The notes: a model not told the origin generated them from the letters alone. DNA of 64,000 bases from Candidatus Latescibacterota bacterium (GCA_965222605.1 OZ244960.1:2720001-2784000); one strand, 5' to 3'; shown: positions 19,484 through 30,274, counted from the first letter of the stretch. A program made the numbers and translations.

Positions 19484-22452
19484 TTCTCCATCGATTTCAC
19501 AGTCACTCGATTATTCACTCGCGTAATCTCTTCCAACTTCTCCTCGGGATCCAGCACCACTGCAATGGAATCCGGCATATCAGAGCCAATGGAAAACGCG
19601 ACCTGCTTTGTTCTCGGCAGCAGATCCAAAGGCGCTTCCAAATTCTGAATTTGCATACGGCCGAGCGCGTTTTCACCATCGTACAGAGCAACCGTTAAAT
19701 TTTCAACATCCACTGTACCAATATTGTGTACCGTCACCCGTACGCTATCGCCATCCACCACCACATCGCGCGTGGAAATACCAGCATCTGGTAAATGCTC
19801 AGCCACCTTTTGAACTTCCCCTGTAAGATCAATCGAAATCCGCGTCAAAACCCGTGGGGGTAGATCAACCTCAACCCCCGTCCCCCGTCGGATACGCACC
19901 CCATCCCGCCGAAAAACATCTGCCTGCCCCATCCCTTTCACGACGACAGAATAAACCCCATCCTGCAAACGCCACAGACGTATACCCACTGTCTTCTCTT
20001 CGACCTCAAAATTATATGCCAATACACTGAGCGCTTCATCGGTACTCTCTGTCACCAGCGCGGCAAAATCTTCACCCGTATTCTTCCAGGTCACGACAAA
20101 ACTCGGAAAATCGCCCGCCCGAGTCACATCACCCGTGTACATTGCCAGTAAATGCTCAGCCCCTCGAACAAACACGCGATCCGTAAAATAAACTTCTGAA
20201 GTCAGAAATGGGCGGTTAATCCGCATGCTATTAATACTACTTTCACAACCCGAAATGAGATACGACACATCTCCTGTCAATCGCCAGCGCAAATAATTTG
20301 AACCACCCTCTCGAAACAAAGCATCGTATCGCGCATCACCCGTAAGCAACCGATAGCTCGAAAAGCGCTGCGGACTCAGCACCCGGCGCAAAGCCCATGC
20401 ACGAGAACCGACCTCGGCATCTGCGGGTAGATCATCCAAATTCTCGAGAATCGCCAACCCATCGCGGTGCGGTTGCAAAAAATCCTCATCTCCCGTAATC
20501 CACCAAACAGACAAAAGATGATCGTAAATCATCCCCGAAGCACTCGGAAAAGAATAAAGCCATCCCATACCCGTATCATACCACGTATCCCCCGGACCAC
20601 TCAGCTTATTCTCCGGAAATGTAATCGCCGCAGGAATCACCCCCGCGGGCTTTCCATCTCCCTCCCGACTGATCGCATCAATCCAGCTTTTTCCCCACTC
20701 GGAAATCAGACGCACAGCCTCTGGATGTCGATTGTACCAGGCCAACCAGCGAATCGGTTTTACCGCCCGTGCATTATAGGGCAGATCAACATTATAAGGC
20801 GTCCGTTCATCCACCTCGTGCGCCCCAATGCGCATCGACTTAAAATGCAAATTGCCCTGTTCGGTCTTACCCACCCACACATCGCGCATCACCCTCGCCG
20901 TTGCCATCGCGCGTTCCACATACTCCGGATTCCCGTATTCCGCCGCCAGAAGAATCGGATGCGTATCGGAAATCAGCTCTGAAGAATGCTCCACATCATA
21001 CGCGCGTTTGCTGTATCCATCCGCAATCAAATCGCTATTCCAAACACCATCAGCCATACGCCGTATTGCCCTGATCGCGCGGGCATCATCTGCCGCAAAA
21101 AAGGCGGGCTGCCAATGCCGAAACATCTCACAATCATCTTCATAATGCCCACCCATCTCGCCATTTTCAGCCTGCCGCTCATCCGTCCAGTAATGAATCA
21201 CATCGAGCAACCGCTTGAGTGCCTCGCGCTGTTTTGCCGCCCAGACCGGCGCACCTTCAGCGCCTTCGGTATATTTGGGATCGTCATAAGCGAAACGCTC
21301 GCCCAAATACATGCGAATCATCTGATCTTCTAAAAATGCCTCTCGAAGCTCCAAAAAAATTTCATCCGACGCCGCGACAAAACGCACATCATGCAGTTCC
21401 ATAAAATAGCCAAAATACACCTTGCCCAGAGCATACAACGCGCGAAACCGCAGGGGATCTCCGGGATCGCCCGCAACCAATCGAAGATGCACTTGTGCAT
21501 ACCACAGACGGCTGCTCTGGCCCATCCCAAACTTCTCTCTCGCCCAACTCCAATTGCGCGCTTCAACCCGGTCCAATCCCTCTAAATAGGTCAAAACATC
21601 CCGCACGCGATTTTGAGCGCGAACATCCGCAGTATCTCTTTTTAATACACCCAGAGCCTCCTCTATTAAAACGCGGTGATTCGGACAAGACACATGGCCT
21701 GCTATCGACAACAGAAGCTCAGCTTTCACATAAGATGCAACATCCACCTTTCGAAAATCCGATGCAGCACCCTCAAAATCTCCGCGATCATACCGGGCAA
21801 GCCCCTGCTGTAAATCAGGTGTTAGTACAACATCCGGATCAACCGGCTCTAAACGACCACCCACCCGTTGAAACAAATGGGGATAGCTGGGACGCAATGC
21901 CACGGACATCAGCCCCACGCGCTGTGCCTCATAAAGCTTGCCACTGCCCACACCCTCAATGCGAATCAGCACAGAATCTCCCGACACAGTCACCGGAAAA
22001 CGCAACAGTGTCGGTGGTATTTGATCCCACCGATGCATGGGACTATCCTGAGTACGCGCCGCAAAAACGCCATTGACATAAACCTGCAGTGACCGCGCAC
22101 TGGGACCATCGGGCACACCGACTTCAGCCATATAATACCCCGCTGGCACATCCACTCGAAACATCAGACCCTCTCGCGCATAGTCCCGACGCCCATAACG
22201 CCCACCAACACCATCCGTCAACAATGCGCCAAACCAGGAAAACGCCTCGGCAGCTTCAAACGAACCGGAAACCCGCGTGGTAAACCCATACCCGCGTTCG
22301 GCTGTATAAACATCACCTGACGTCACCCGTGTATAGCCCGATGCCACCTTTGAATCTGCAGCACCCATATCGAACAAATAGTTCTTCAATTCATCAGCAC
22401 TCGCCAAACCTGTCCCGATTACAAAACCTGTAAACAGAATTAAAATCCGCAT
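19480..22452 (-). CDS. Large secreted hypothetical protein (galactose-binding-like N-terminus, CARDB-like C-terminus)
   Basis: Signal peptide; FDMG...Y.AERGYGF; TVHNIG...DPEEKLEEITRVNN. Confidence 0.7.
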   Translation of the reverse strand: MRILILFTGFVIGTGLASADELKNYLFDMGAADSKVASGYTRVTSGDVYTAERGYGFTTRVSGSFEAAEAFSWFGALLTDGVGGRYGRRDYAREGLMFRVDVPAGYYMAEVGVPDGPSARSLQVYVNGVFAARTQDSPMHRWDQIPPTLLRFPVTVSGDSVLIRIEGVGSGKLYEAQRVGLMSVALRPSYPHLFQRVGGRLEPVDPDVVLTPDLQQGLARYDRGDFEGAASDFRKVDVASYVKAELLLSIAGHVSCPNHRVLIEEALGVLKRDTADVRAQNRVRDVLTYLEGLDRVEARNWSWAREKFGMGQSSRLWYAQVHLRLVAGDPGDPLRFRALYALGKVYFGYFMELHDVRFVAASDEIFLELREAFLEDQMIRMYLGERFAYDDPKYTEGAEGAPVWAAKQREALKRLLDVIHYWTDERQAENGEMGGHYEDDCEMFRHWQPAFFAADDARAIRAIRRMADGVWNSDLIADGYSKRAYDVEHSSELISDTHPILLAAEYGNPEYVERAMATARVMRDVWVGKTEQGNLHFKSMRIGAHEVDERTPYNVDLPYNARAVKPIRWLAWYNRHPEAVRLISEWGKSWIDAISREGDGKPAGVIPAAITFPENKLSGPGDTWYDTGMGWLYSFPSASGMIYDHLLSVWWITGDEDFLQPHRDGLAILENLDDLPADAEVGSRAWALRRVLSPQRFSSYRLLTGDARYDALFREGGSNYLRWRLTGDVSYLISGCESSINSMRINRPFLTSEVYFTDRVFVRGAEHLLAMYTGDVTRAGDFPSFVVTWKNTGEDFAALVTESTDEALSVLAYNFEVEEKTVGIRLWRLQDGVYSVVVKGMGQADVFRRDGVRIRRGTGVEVDLPPRVLTRISIDLTGEVQKVAEHLPDAGISTRDVVVDGDSVRVTVHNIGTVDVENLTVALYDGENALGRMQIQNLEAPLDLLPRTKQVAFSIGSDMPDSIAVVLDPEEKLEEITRVNNRVTVKSMEK

Positions 22453-22520
22453 ATATTACCCCTGTTAAACTGAGTGTTTAAGCCACTTTTCTTCAAAATA
22501 TGAAAAAATTCAAAAATCAT

Positions 22521-22548
22521 TAAAACTTTTCGCCTCAACCAAACGTCT
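22521..22548 (+). promoter_or_regulatory. ECF-type promoter (AAAC-17-CGTCT), likely autoregulatory
   Basis: TAAAAC 22521-22526 and CGTCT 22544-22548, just before the sigma ATG. Confidence 0.55.
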
Positions 22549-22554
22549 TGAAGG

Positions 22555-23154
22555 ATGAATATATACACAGAACCCCAAACAGGTCTCTCATTAATGAACG
22601 ATGCGGAATTGATTGCCCAGTTCCGAGCCGGGCAAATCGCGGCCTTTAACACCCTGGTCAAACGCTGGGAATGTCCGATCTACAACTTTGTCCTGCGCTA
22701 TGTGGGCAATCGAGACGACGCCCGCGACCTGTGCCAGCAAACCTTTATTCGCGCGTACAAAAACATGCGGCGTTTGCGCGACCCCGACAAATTCACCTCC
22801 TGGATCTATCAAATCGCGCTCAACGCCTGCCGAGACGCAGGCCGCCGTCGCACCCTCGTCTCCCTCGACACACTCGCCACCCCTATTGCAGACACAACAT
22901 CTCCCCCAGACGCGCTGATACACGAACAAAGCGTTCGGGACCTGCTCAACCGCGCATTGCAAAATCTACCCGAAGAACAACGCGTAGTCATCATCATGAA
23001 AGAATATCAGGGACTAAAATTCACCGAAATTGCCGAAACACTCAAAGTGCCCATCAACACGGTCAAATCCAGAATGTATTACGGCCTCTCTGCCCTGAAG
23101 AAAATTTTTGACCGCTGGCACATCAGCGAGGACATGGTGCGTTATGAACTGTGA
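22555..23154 (+). CDS. ECF RNA polymerase sigma factor
   Basis: DARDLCQQTF, FTSWIYQIALN, GLKFTEIAETL..NTVKSR. Confidence 0.92.
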   Translation: MNIYTEPQTGLSLMNDAELIAQFRAGQIAAFNTLVKRWECPIYNFVLRYVGNRDDARDLCQQTFIRAYKNMRRLRDPDKFTSWIYQIALNACRDAGRRRTLVSLDTLATPIADTTSPPDALIHEQSVRDLLNRALQNLPEEQRVVIIMKEYQGLKFTEIAETLKVPINTVKSRMYYGLSALKKIFDRWHISEDMVRYEL

Positions 23155-23899
23155 CATCACCCGCGAACAACTCATCGCCTACCTCTACGACGAAGACATC
23201 CGTCCAGATGCGCGTGAACGCCTCAAAGCTCACATCGAAACCTGCCCTTCATGCAGCCAAACCCTTGAAGAACTGGGCAGCACATCCCGCATCCTCAATG
23301 CCTGGGGCGACGAAAAACCCAACCTGGACCTCGTCTTTGTACAAGAACGTCAAACCCCCTGGCAAAACCTGCTCCCCACGCGATATCCCAAAACCTGGGC
23401 AGCCGCGGGCGTAGCCATCGCCGCAATCCTCATCTTCACCTTTCTCAACATCGAATTTGCCATTCGAGACGGCGCATTCCACACCGCCATTGGCCTGCGA
23501 TCCAGCGACCCACCGGAACGGGTCGCCATTGCCGACACCTCTGAAGTCTCCACATTAGACGACCCCATCACCCTCGGTGAATTTATCGCCCATCAACAAA
23601 ACTTGATCGACTACACCAACCGCCTCGTCCAAACATCGCAAAACCAACAGCGCGATGAAGTCAACAACACCTTCATCCGCCTCGTAGGCGAACTCAAAAC
23701 CCAGCGCCAACAGGACCTCCTGCGCATTGACCGCGGACTACAAATCCTCTACAATACCCAGGAAACCCGCTATGACCACATCCTGCGACAGATAGCCCCT
23801 GTTAAAAACATCCTCTATGATAACGCAGTTGAAGTTTACGAGATACCTGTAGATAACCGACCATACCGCACGATACCCACAAGAAGAAAAACCCCATGA
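23144..23899 (+). CDS. Anti-sigma factor (zf-HC2, TM)
   Basis: MNC...HIETCPSC plus TM; overlaps sigma gene. Confidence 0.85.
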   Translation: MNCDITREQLIAYLYDEDIRPDARERLKAHIETCPSCSQTLEELGSTSRILNAWGDEKPNLDLVFVQERQTPWQNLLPTRYPKTWAAAGVAIAAILIFTFLNIEFAIRDGAFHTAIGLRSSDPPERVAIADTSEVSTLDDPITLGEFIAHQQNLIDYTNRLVQTSQNQQRDEVNNTFIRLVGELKTQRQQDLLRIDRGLQILYNTQETRYDHILRQIAPVKNILYDNAVEVYEIPVDNRPYRTIPTRRKTP

Positions 23900-24357
23900 A
23901 GCGCGAACTCAAAAAACTCACATTACTGATGACAGCGCCGATCTTGCTATCCCTGGTCTGGAATATTCACGCATCTGACAAAGCGCCATCAGACACACGC
24001 GCAAAAGCCGCGCAACCTGATACAATATCAATATCAGTACCCCATACAGCACAACTCGATTCCCTAAGCAAAGCACTCTCCGATTCCATACGCAGGAGAG
24101 TTAGAATTTCTATCTTAGAACGCTATACATCCAACACCCGCGATCTGCTCCTCCGCCCGGCTGACAAAGCCATCTACACCGCAAGCGACCTGCTTCTGAG
24201 ACCCGGTGACAACATAAATTCTATATTTATCTTGCGTCACCCCGCACGAGTACAACGCAGAGTGTATCCTGGAGCAAGTCATATCCCTTATCGATTGACA
24301 CCAGTGGCACACCGCAACCATGGCTCAGCCACATCCGAAGACCAGAAGGAGCCATAG
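23896..24357 (+). CDS. Hypothetical secreted protein
   Basis: ATGA overlap with anti-sigma; signal peptide. Confidence 0.55.
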   Translation: MKRELKKLTLLMTAPILLSLVWNIHASDKAPSDTRAKAAQPDTISISVPHTAQLDSLSKALSDSIRRRVRISILERYTSNTRDLLLRPADKAIYTASDLLLRPGDNINSIFILRHPARVQRRVYPGASHIPYRLTPVAHRNHGSATSEDQKEP

Positions 24358-24405
24358 CCGGAGACGGTTCACATGTATCACTCTCATTACCAAAAGGAGA
24401 TATCA

Positions 24406-25623
24406 ATGTATCACTCTCATCTACTGAAAATCGCAATAATTGTTCAGATATTTGCTACAAGTGTGATGGCGCAGGAGATCTCAGTTGAGAAGGCCAAAGA
24501 AGTGTTGGCTATGAATGTAATGGGAAAGCAGAGCTTGATTGGACAGGCTGCACCAGAATTGAACATTGAAAAATACCTGCAAGCACCAGAAGGTAAAAAA
24601 AGCTTATCGGCATTAAAGGGCAAAGTTGTCGTCCTGGAATTTTGGGCAACCTGGTGCGCCCCCTGTGTGGCAGAGATTCCACATCTGAACCAGCTAAGCG
24701 AGGAATTTCGCGACAAGCAAGTGCAGTTTATCTCGGTAACAGATGAAAGTGAAGACATAATTGCGCCATTTCTGAAACGACAAGAAATGAAATCGTGGAT
24801 TGGACTGGACACGGATCGATCAGTCTTTGAAGCTTATGGTGTCAGGGGAATCCCACGGACATTTTTGATTGACCAAAAAGGCATAATCGCCGCATCGCTT
24901 CACCCAGTAGGACTCTCGTCTGACATGATCAAAAAGGTCATCGCCGGAGAAAAAATAGAGCTTCCCAAATTGCCAAAACCAAAAACTGTCGAAAACGAAG
25001 GCACCGACCCCATCTTCAAAATTTTGATAGCTCCTACAGAAAAAGAAGGCGGCCGCAGTTCAAGCAAAATTTCAAAAGGATACAAACAACGGGAAGCAGA
25101 GAGCAAAACATTGCACCAGATTTTAAGCATGGCTTATGGTGTTCCCACAACGCGGATTCTGGGGCCAGAGGCACTTTTAGAGTCGCGGTACGAGATTTCA
25201 GTCAGACTGCCGACCAATCAGTTCGAATTACTATTCCAACAAGCGTTGACGGCATCACTAAAGTTGCGCGTTTCCAACCAGAAAAAATCTGTTGAAGTCT
25301 TCGTGCTCACGGCTGGAGAAGACGGCGCAGAAAAATTGAAGCCCACAGTAATGGGTTCGTCGGGATCTATGACAAGCGGTGGGCGTGGTAAGATAAAGAC
25401 AATGAACGGTGCAATCAGCAGACTGGCGCAGTCATTGGAGTACGTTTTAGAGCGTGTCGTAGAGGATGGTACCGGGATAGAGGGAAAATACGACTGGGAA
25501 ATCACCTATGACGAAGACGATCCCAATTCAGTGCTCGCGGTTCTGAAAGAACAACTCGGTTTACGAATTCGGAAAGAACAGCGGGAAATTGAGTTTTTGG
25601 TTGTGAATGATACCAATCATTGA
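24406..25623 (+). CDS. TlpA-like redoxin fused to TIGR03435-like domain
   Basis: FWATWCAPC; C-terminal V.D.TGIEGKYD...EQLGL. Confidence 0.8.
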   Translation: MYHSHLLKIAIIVQIFATSVMAQEISVEKAKEVLAMNVMGKQSLIGQAAPELNIEKYLQAPEGKKSLSALKGKVVVLEFWATWCAPCVAEIPHLNQLSEEFRDKQVQFISVTDESEDIIAPFLKRQEMKSWIGLDTDRSVFEAYGVRGIPRTFLIDQKGIIAASLHPVGLSSDMIKKVIAGEKIELPKLPKPKTVENEGTDPIFKILIAPTEKEGGRSSSKISKGYKQREAESKTLHQILSMAYGVPTTRILGPEALLESRYEISVRLPTNQFELLFQQALTASLKLRVSNQKKSVEVFVLTAGEDGAEKLKPTVMGSSGSMTSGGRGKIKTMNGAISRLAQSLEYVLERVVEDGTGIEGKYDWEITYDEDDPNSVLAVLKEQLGLRIRKEQREIEFLVVNDTNH

Positions 25624-25640
25624 CGAAAGGAAAAATCATC

Positions 25641-26978
25641 ATGAGACATATCGTGACAAAAATCGCGCAAACCATCCTATTTACAGGAATAGCTCTCTTT
25701 GCACTTTGCACTTCGGCCCTCGCCGACATAGACTGGAAACGCATGAAACGCGACCTCTCCATTCAGGAAAGCATACTCGACCAATTTTTTGACGAAAAAA
25801 AAGTTTCCACAACCGGTCTTTATATCGAAAATCACGGCGTCTTGCTCATTGCCAGCGGCGGGATACACAAATACGAGATTCAGGTGCATGCGATTGGTGA
25901 CGAAAACGTTAATATTGTTGCTACACCCGACAAGGGTGTTTTTCGAATACAGAAGATTAAACGCGACAAAAACAATGAAAATGAAGAGGAAGAAATTCTC
26001 GAATTTTCTATGACCGAAAAGAAACCAGAAGCCTCAAAAGATCAAAATGAAGCCACAAAAAAACAAATCACCGAATTTTTAAGTCTCTATGGGAATACCA
26101 TTGGACAACTCAAAGATGACGATCGCATAACCATTCTCTTGCACTCGGCAGAACGCTACTTCCACAGCTTTAGTGCCTCACACTTTGATAAACAGATGGA
26201 GACGCTGAAGAAACAGCACGAAGCGTTGAAAAAACGGATGGAGACGCTGAAGAAAACGTACGCATCATCCGAAAAACAAATGGAGGAAGCCTACAAAAAA
26301 CAACTGGGAACCCTGGGAATACGGATAGGGGCTTTGCAGAAAGAACAGGAAGCCTCTAAAAACATAATGTTCAAAATTGCCCATCCCAAGGGCATCCTCC
26401 TTGAAGCCACCGTCACCAAACGCGACATTGATGCGTATAACCGGGGTAAAATTGACGAACAAACCTTCCATAATCGAATCACCTTTCGCGAGCACAAACC
26501 ACAGCCTGCACGTGACAAAACCATCGACATCATGGCCGACATTTTGACCACTATTCTCAAAAAGGATACGGATCTTCACTTCTTGACTGGTACTCAATGC
26601 ACGGGCTTCTATCAAAAAGGCATAGGCGCACTCTTTCTCATATCGCAAAAGGGCAATCTATTTGGGTACGATTGGGACAAACAAGAATCCGATCAAGATG
26701 ACGGACTCGACGCATTCAAAAACTCCGTTATTGAAACCCTCGCCGACTACGGTTCAACCCTGCGCGGCTTATCATCAGAGGAATCCATCATCGTTCACAC
26801 CAACCTCATCGGTGATAGCCACTTCAAAATCGGTCGCACAAACAAAGACAAAACAACCGATATTAAACATCCCGACCGCATCCTTTTCCGCGTTGCCAAA
26901 CGCGATATTGAAGCCTACGCCAGCCAAAAAATCGACCTCGACACATTCCGAAAAAGAGTTGCAATTACTGAGATGTAA
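25641..26978 (+). CDS. Hypothetical secreted protein with internal coiled coil
   Basis: Signal peptide; two similar halves (KRDIDAY/KRDIEAY); repeated METLKK. Confidence 0.7.
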   Translation: MRHIVTKIAQTILFTGIALFALCTSALADIDWKRMKRDLSIQESILDQFFDEKKVSTTGLYIENHGVLLIASGGIHKYEIQVHAIGDENVNIVATPDKGVFRIQKIKRDKNNENEEEEILEFSMTEKKPEASKDQNEATKKQITEFLSLYGNTIGQLKDDDRITILLHSAERYFHSFSASHFDKQMETLKKQHEALKKRMETLKKTYASSEKQMEEAYKKQLGTLGIRIGALQKEQEASKNIMFKIAHPKGILLEATVTKRDIDAYNRGKIDEQTFHNRITFREHKPQPARDKTIDIMADILTTILKKDTDLHFLTGTQCTGFYQKGIGALFLISQKGNLFGYDWDKQESDQDDGLDAFKNSVIETLADYGSTLRGLSSEESIIVHTNLIGDSHFKIGRTNKDKTTDIKHPDRILFRVAKRDIEAYASQKIDLDTFRKRVAITEM

Positions 26979-26996
26979 GACAAAGGATAAATCACT

Positions 26997-27033
26997 AAAG
27001 AATCCCACCCTGAATACAGGATGGGATTCTTTG
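26997..27033. terminator. Bidirectional terminator
   Basis: AAAGAATCCCA...TGGGATTCTTT between convergent genes. Confidence 0.7.
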
Positions 27034-27047
27034 TAGCAATGACAAAC

Positions 27048-27117
27048 AAAACCTTCTGGATCGCGGCTAAAATCCTGCCGCGATGACACACGGGACGGCA
27101 CGGGGACCGTCCCCTAC
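27048..27117. repeat. REP-like pair (CTGGATCGCGGC..GCCGCGATGAC plus GTAG-type REP)
   Basis: Related copies at 27917, 43249, 53062 and 46336. Confidence 0.8.
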
Positions 27118-27165
27118 AACACCTCGACGCGATGACGAGAGTCGGGAAAAGGATTTCCCTCCTAC

Positions 27166-27837
27166 TCAATTCCCGCCACCACCGCGACCACCACCACGAC
27201 CACCTTGACCACCGCGCCCGCCGCCACCGCGACGGCCCTGCTGGCTCTGAGGCTGTCTGGGCGGACCTGCCTCAATCGCAATACTCACACGCACCTCATC
27301 CCCCAGCACATTGGCAAAATTCGCCCAGCTATTCACGCCAAAATCCGAACACAACAGCGTCAACTCAGTCTCAAAACCAGCCAGAGGTGTATTGCGCTGC
27401 GGATGCGTGCCAACGCCGAGTACTGTCACCGGTATCGTAATGCTCTTCATCACGCCGTGCATCGTCAAATCACCCGTCACCAGAATCTTTTCACCATCCA
27501 TTTTGGCCGACTTGCTCTTAAACATAATCGTCGGATAAGTCTCCACCTCAAAGAAATCTGCACCGCGCAAATGACCGTCGCGACGCTCATTCCCCGTATC
27601 GATACTCCGCGTCTGGATCGTCGTTTCAATCATCATCTTTTCGGGCGCAGCCGGATCGTAATCAATCATGCCATTAAACTGATTAAATCTGCCCGTCGTG
27701 CGGCTCACAAAGTGCCGAATCGAAAACCCGACCGACGAATGCGCCCGATCGATCTGGTACTTCTCGGCAAAACTCGTATCCGCCATCACAAGCGACGACA
27801 CCAGCCCCAAACACAACAAGCGTATGACTCTTAACAT
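27166..27837 (-). CDS. YceI-family protein
   Basis: IDRAHSSVGF, SIDTGNERRDGHLR, GDLTMHGV; Gly/Arg-rich tail. Confidence 0.92.
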   Translation of the reverse strand: MLRVIRLLCLGLVSSLVMADTSFAEKYQIDRAHSSVGFSIRHFVSRTTGRFNQFNGMIDYDPAAPEKMMIETTIQTRSIDTGNERRDGHLRGADFFEVETYPTIMFKSKSAKMDGEKILVTGDLTMHGVMKSITIPVTVLGVGTHPQRNTPLAGFETELTLLCSDFGVNSWANFANVLGDEVRVSIAIEAGPPRQPQSQQGRRGGGGRGGQGGRGGGRGGGGN

Positions 27838-27916
27838 TACATCCTCCTGTAACTTTAGAACTCTCAGTAGAGTCCCGTGAAAAATTATCCCCGGCGTTAT
27901 TAACCAAACGACAACC

Positions 27917-27972
27917 CTGGATCGCGGCTAAAATCATGCCGCGATGACGGGCGAGGCATGCCTCGCCCCTAC
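27917..27972. repeat. REP-like pair
   Basis: CTGGATCGCGGCTAAAATCATGCCGCGATGAC plus GGGCGAGGCATGCCTCGCCCCTAC. Confidence 0.8.
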
Positions 27973-27994
27973 GGTTGTTCCCACTTCCTCCTTC

Positions 27995-30274
27995 CTACTT
28001 CACACTTCCTACTTCATCCATCACCACCCGCGACGCTGCCAACCCATCTACACTGGCGATCTGCCCGGTTGCAGGATCGATCTGCCCAAACGACAACACA
28101 CCCGTCGGACAACTCTGCACACATGCCGAACACCGCACGCACTCCGGGTCCTCCATAGGCAAACCCTTATTCGCAAAATTCATCACATCAATACCCTGAT
28201 GGCACACCGACGTACACACACTACACGAAATGCACTTCTTCTTATCCGCAAAAATCCGAAACCGCGAAAACCGCGCGTAAACATGCATCAGCGCAGCTAA
28301 GGGACACGCAAACCGACACCACATCCGCCCGCTAAAATGCCAATAAAAACCCACCCCAATAATACCCGCCAAAAACAAATCCACAAACCACTGATAATTC
28401 AAAAACGTCAGCGGAAACACCAGACCGCCCCAATTCACATCCTTCCCCATAAACAGCCCCATATACCCCGCATTCACCCAGTGGTCATAAGGCAACAACC
28501 AGCCCGCAATCCGCAACGCCAAAAGCACAAAAGCCAGAACCAAAATCACCTGCCCCACCATATTCATCCGATTCCAAACGGGGCCGTGCGGCATCTTCTG
28601 CCGGTGCATATCCCCCATCGTCTCTGCCAGTGCCCCACACGAACAAATCCACCCACAATAAGCCCCCTTACCCCAGCGCCAGATAATCAATGGAATCACC
28701 ACAAATGTCTGCACCAGACTAATGCCCAACCACCACCCCAGCGGCTGACTCGTAAACACATTCCAAAAAAACAGCGGCCACGCCAGAATAAAGCCCAAAC
28801 TCCGCCAGTATTCCCGCCCGTGTGCATCCCACTCCGTCGCAGGGAACAACGCATCGGCCACAGGCTTGAAAAAAGCACCATCGGAAAACCAGCCATTATG
28901 CCCCAGCCACGGCAAGAAAAAATAAGGCAACAAAAACAGAGGCACACACTGAATAACCATCAGCGTCGCCGTCTGCACCGTCACATAAGGCGTCTGCCGC
29001 CGCTTAATCCTGCGAAACCCAAACCCCACGACACACGTGCAATAAGCCAGCGAATAATAAAACCCCGGCTGCGTCATCGACGTCCAAACCGTCCCGAAAA
29101 GATCCGACTTATCCTCCGCAGGCGTCAGATTAAACGGAAACAGATCTGCCCCCTTAAACCACTCGTAAATCGGAATACCCGCACCCGTCTTCCAGTGATA
29201 CACAAACACACACGCCAGCATAATCAACCCAAAAGACACCCATGTGCCCAAACGCCATTCCCCTCTAATCGGCACACCCGACCGCCTGAAAAAATCCAGC
29301 GGAGCCTCGCGCCCAATCATGGCAAACACCGCGTCATTGGGCATCGCCTCATCACCCTCACCCGTCGAAAGCACCACATCTTTCTCACCAATCGCCTTCA
29401 CCTCGCTCGCCAGCGCCATCCGCAAATGTTCCCCACCCGAAAGCACGTCAATCTTATCCACATTCTCCGGCTTGGGACGACTCAATTCCGCGCGCCGATA
29501 CGACAGCGTCACCCGCCCACCGGACTCGGCAATCGCAATCGCCGTCTCCAGCGCACTATCACCGCCACCAACGACCAGCACATCCTGATTCGCATAATCT
29601 TTTGGATCGTGCAACCGGTTCATCACCTTATCCAGATCCTCGCCCGGCACATTTAACTTTCTAAAATTGCCCGACCGACCAATCGCCACAATCACCCGGT
29701 GCGCCAGCAAGTCCTCACCATCGGGAATCACCACCCGCAACACATCCCCCTCCCGCTGCACACACTCTGCGCGCGCAAACACCGGTTCGATATCCTCGGT
29801 CCGCTCTTCCAACTCCTCCAACAACCGCTCCTTCACATCTGCCCAATCTGAAAACTGCAAATCACCTGCCGGGACCATATCCGTCGGATACGTATAAATC
29901 GGTTTTGCCTTCGGAAAATTCACCACCGTAGAAAACCGCTCTGCCGCCTCCAACAGCACAAAATCCAATCCCCGCTTCTTCGCCTCAATACCCGCCGCCA
30001 TACCCGACACACCCCCACCTATAATCACCAGATCGCGCACCCCGTCCCTTTGCGTCCGCCTCTCAAACCCCGCATCATCCACAATCGTCTGCACCGCCCG
30101 CGCCCCCGTATCCGACGAAAACTTCAACAGCGGAATCCCCGTCAAATCCCCCACAATATAAAGCCCCGGCACCGCCGTTAACCCATCCTCCTGCATCTCT
30201 GGCAACTTCTCCACCGCGCCCGAAGGCCACCGCGTGTGCAACCAGTGCATATACCGCTTCAAAAATCCAAACAT
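27995..30274 (-). CDS. FAD/NAD(P) thioredoxin-reductase-like domain fused to membrane 4Fe-4S (NapH-like) domain
   Basis: IIGGGVSG, VGGGDSA; CGWICSCG, CRFACP and two CxxCxxCxxxC motifs. Confidence 0.85.
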   Translation of the reverse strand: MFGFLKRYMHWLHTRWPSGAVEKLPEMQEDGLTAVPGLYIVGDLTGIPLLKFSSDTGARAVQTIVDDAGFERRTQRDGVRDLVIIGGGVSGMAAGIEAKKRGLDFVLLEAAERFSTVVNFPKAKPIYTYPTDMVPAGDLQFSDWADVKERLLEELEERTEDIEPVFARAECVQREGDVLRVVIPDGEDLLAHRVIVAIGRSGNFRKLNVPGEDLDKVMNRLHDPKDYANQDVLVVGGGDSALETAIAIAESGGRVTLSYRRAELSRPKPENVDKIDVLSGGEHLRMALASEVKAIGEKDVVLSTGEGDEAMPNDAVFAMIGREAPLDFFRRSGVPIRGEWRLGTWVSFGLIMLACVFVYHWKTGAGIPIYEWFKGADLFPFNLTPAEDKSDLFGTVWTSMTQPGFYYSLAYCTCVVGFGFRRIKRRQTPYVTVQTATLMVIQCVPLFLLPYFFLPWLGHNGWFSDGAFFKPVADALFPATEWDAHGREYWRSLGFILAWPLFFWNVFTSQPLGWWLGISLVQTFVVIPLIIWRWGKGAYCGWICSCGALAETMGDMHRQKMPHGPVWNRMNMVGQVILVLAFVLLALRIAGWLLPYDHWVNAGYMGLFMGKDVNWGGLVFPLTFLNYQWFVDLFLAGIIGVGFYWHFSGRMWCRFACPLAALMHVYARFSRFRIFADKKKCISCSVCTSVCHQGIDVMNFANKGLPMEDPECVRCSACVQSCPTGVLSFGQIDPATGQIASVDGLAASRVVMDEVGSVK

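Noticed and set aside
28337-29656. 439-aa plus-strand ORF
   Set aside because: Antisense shadow of the oxidoreductase
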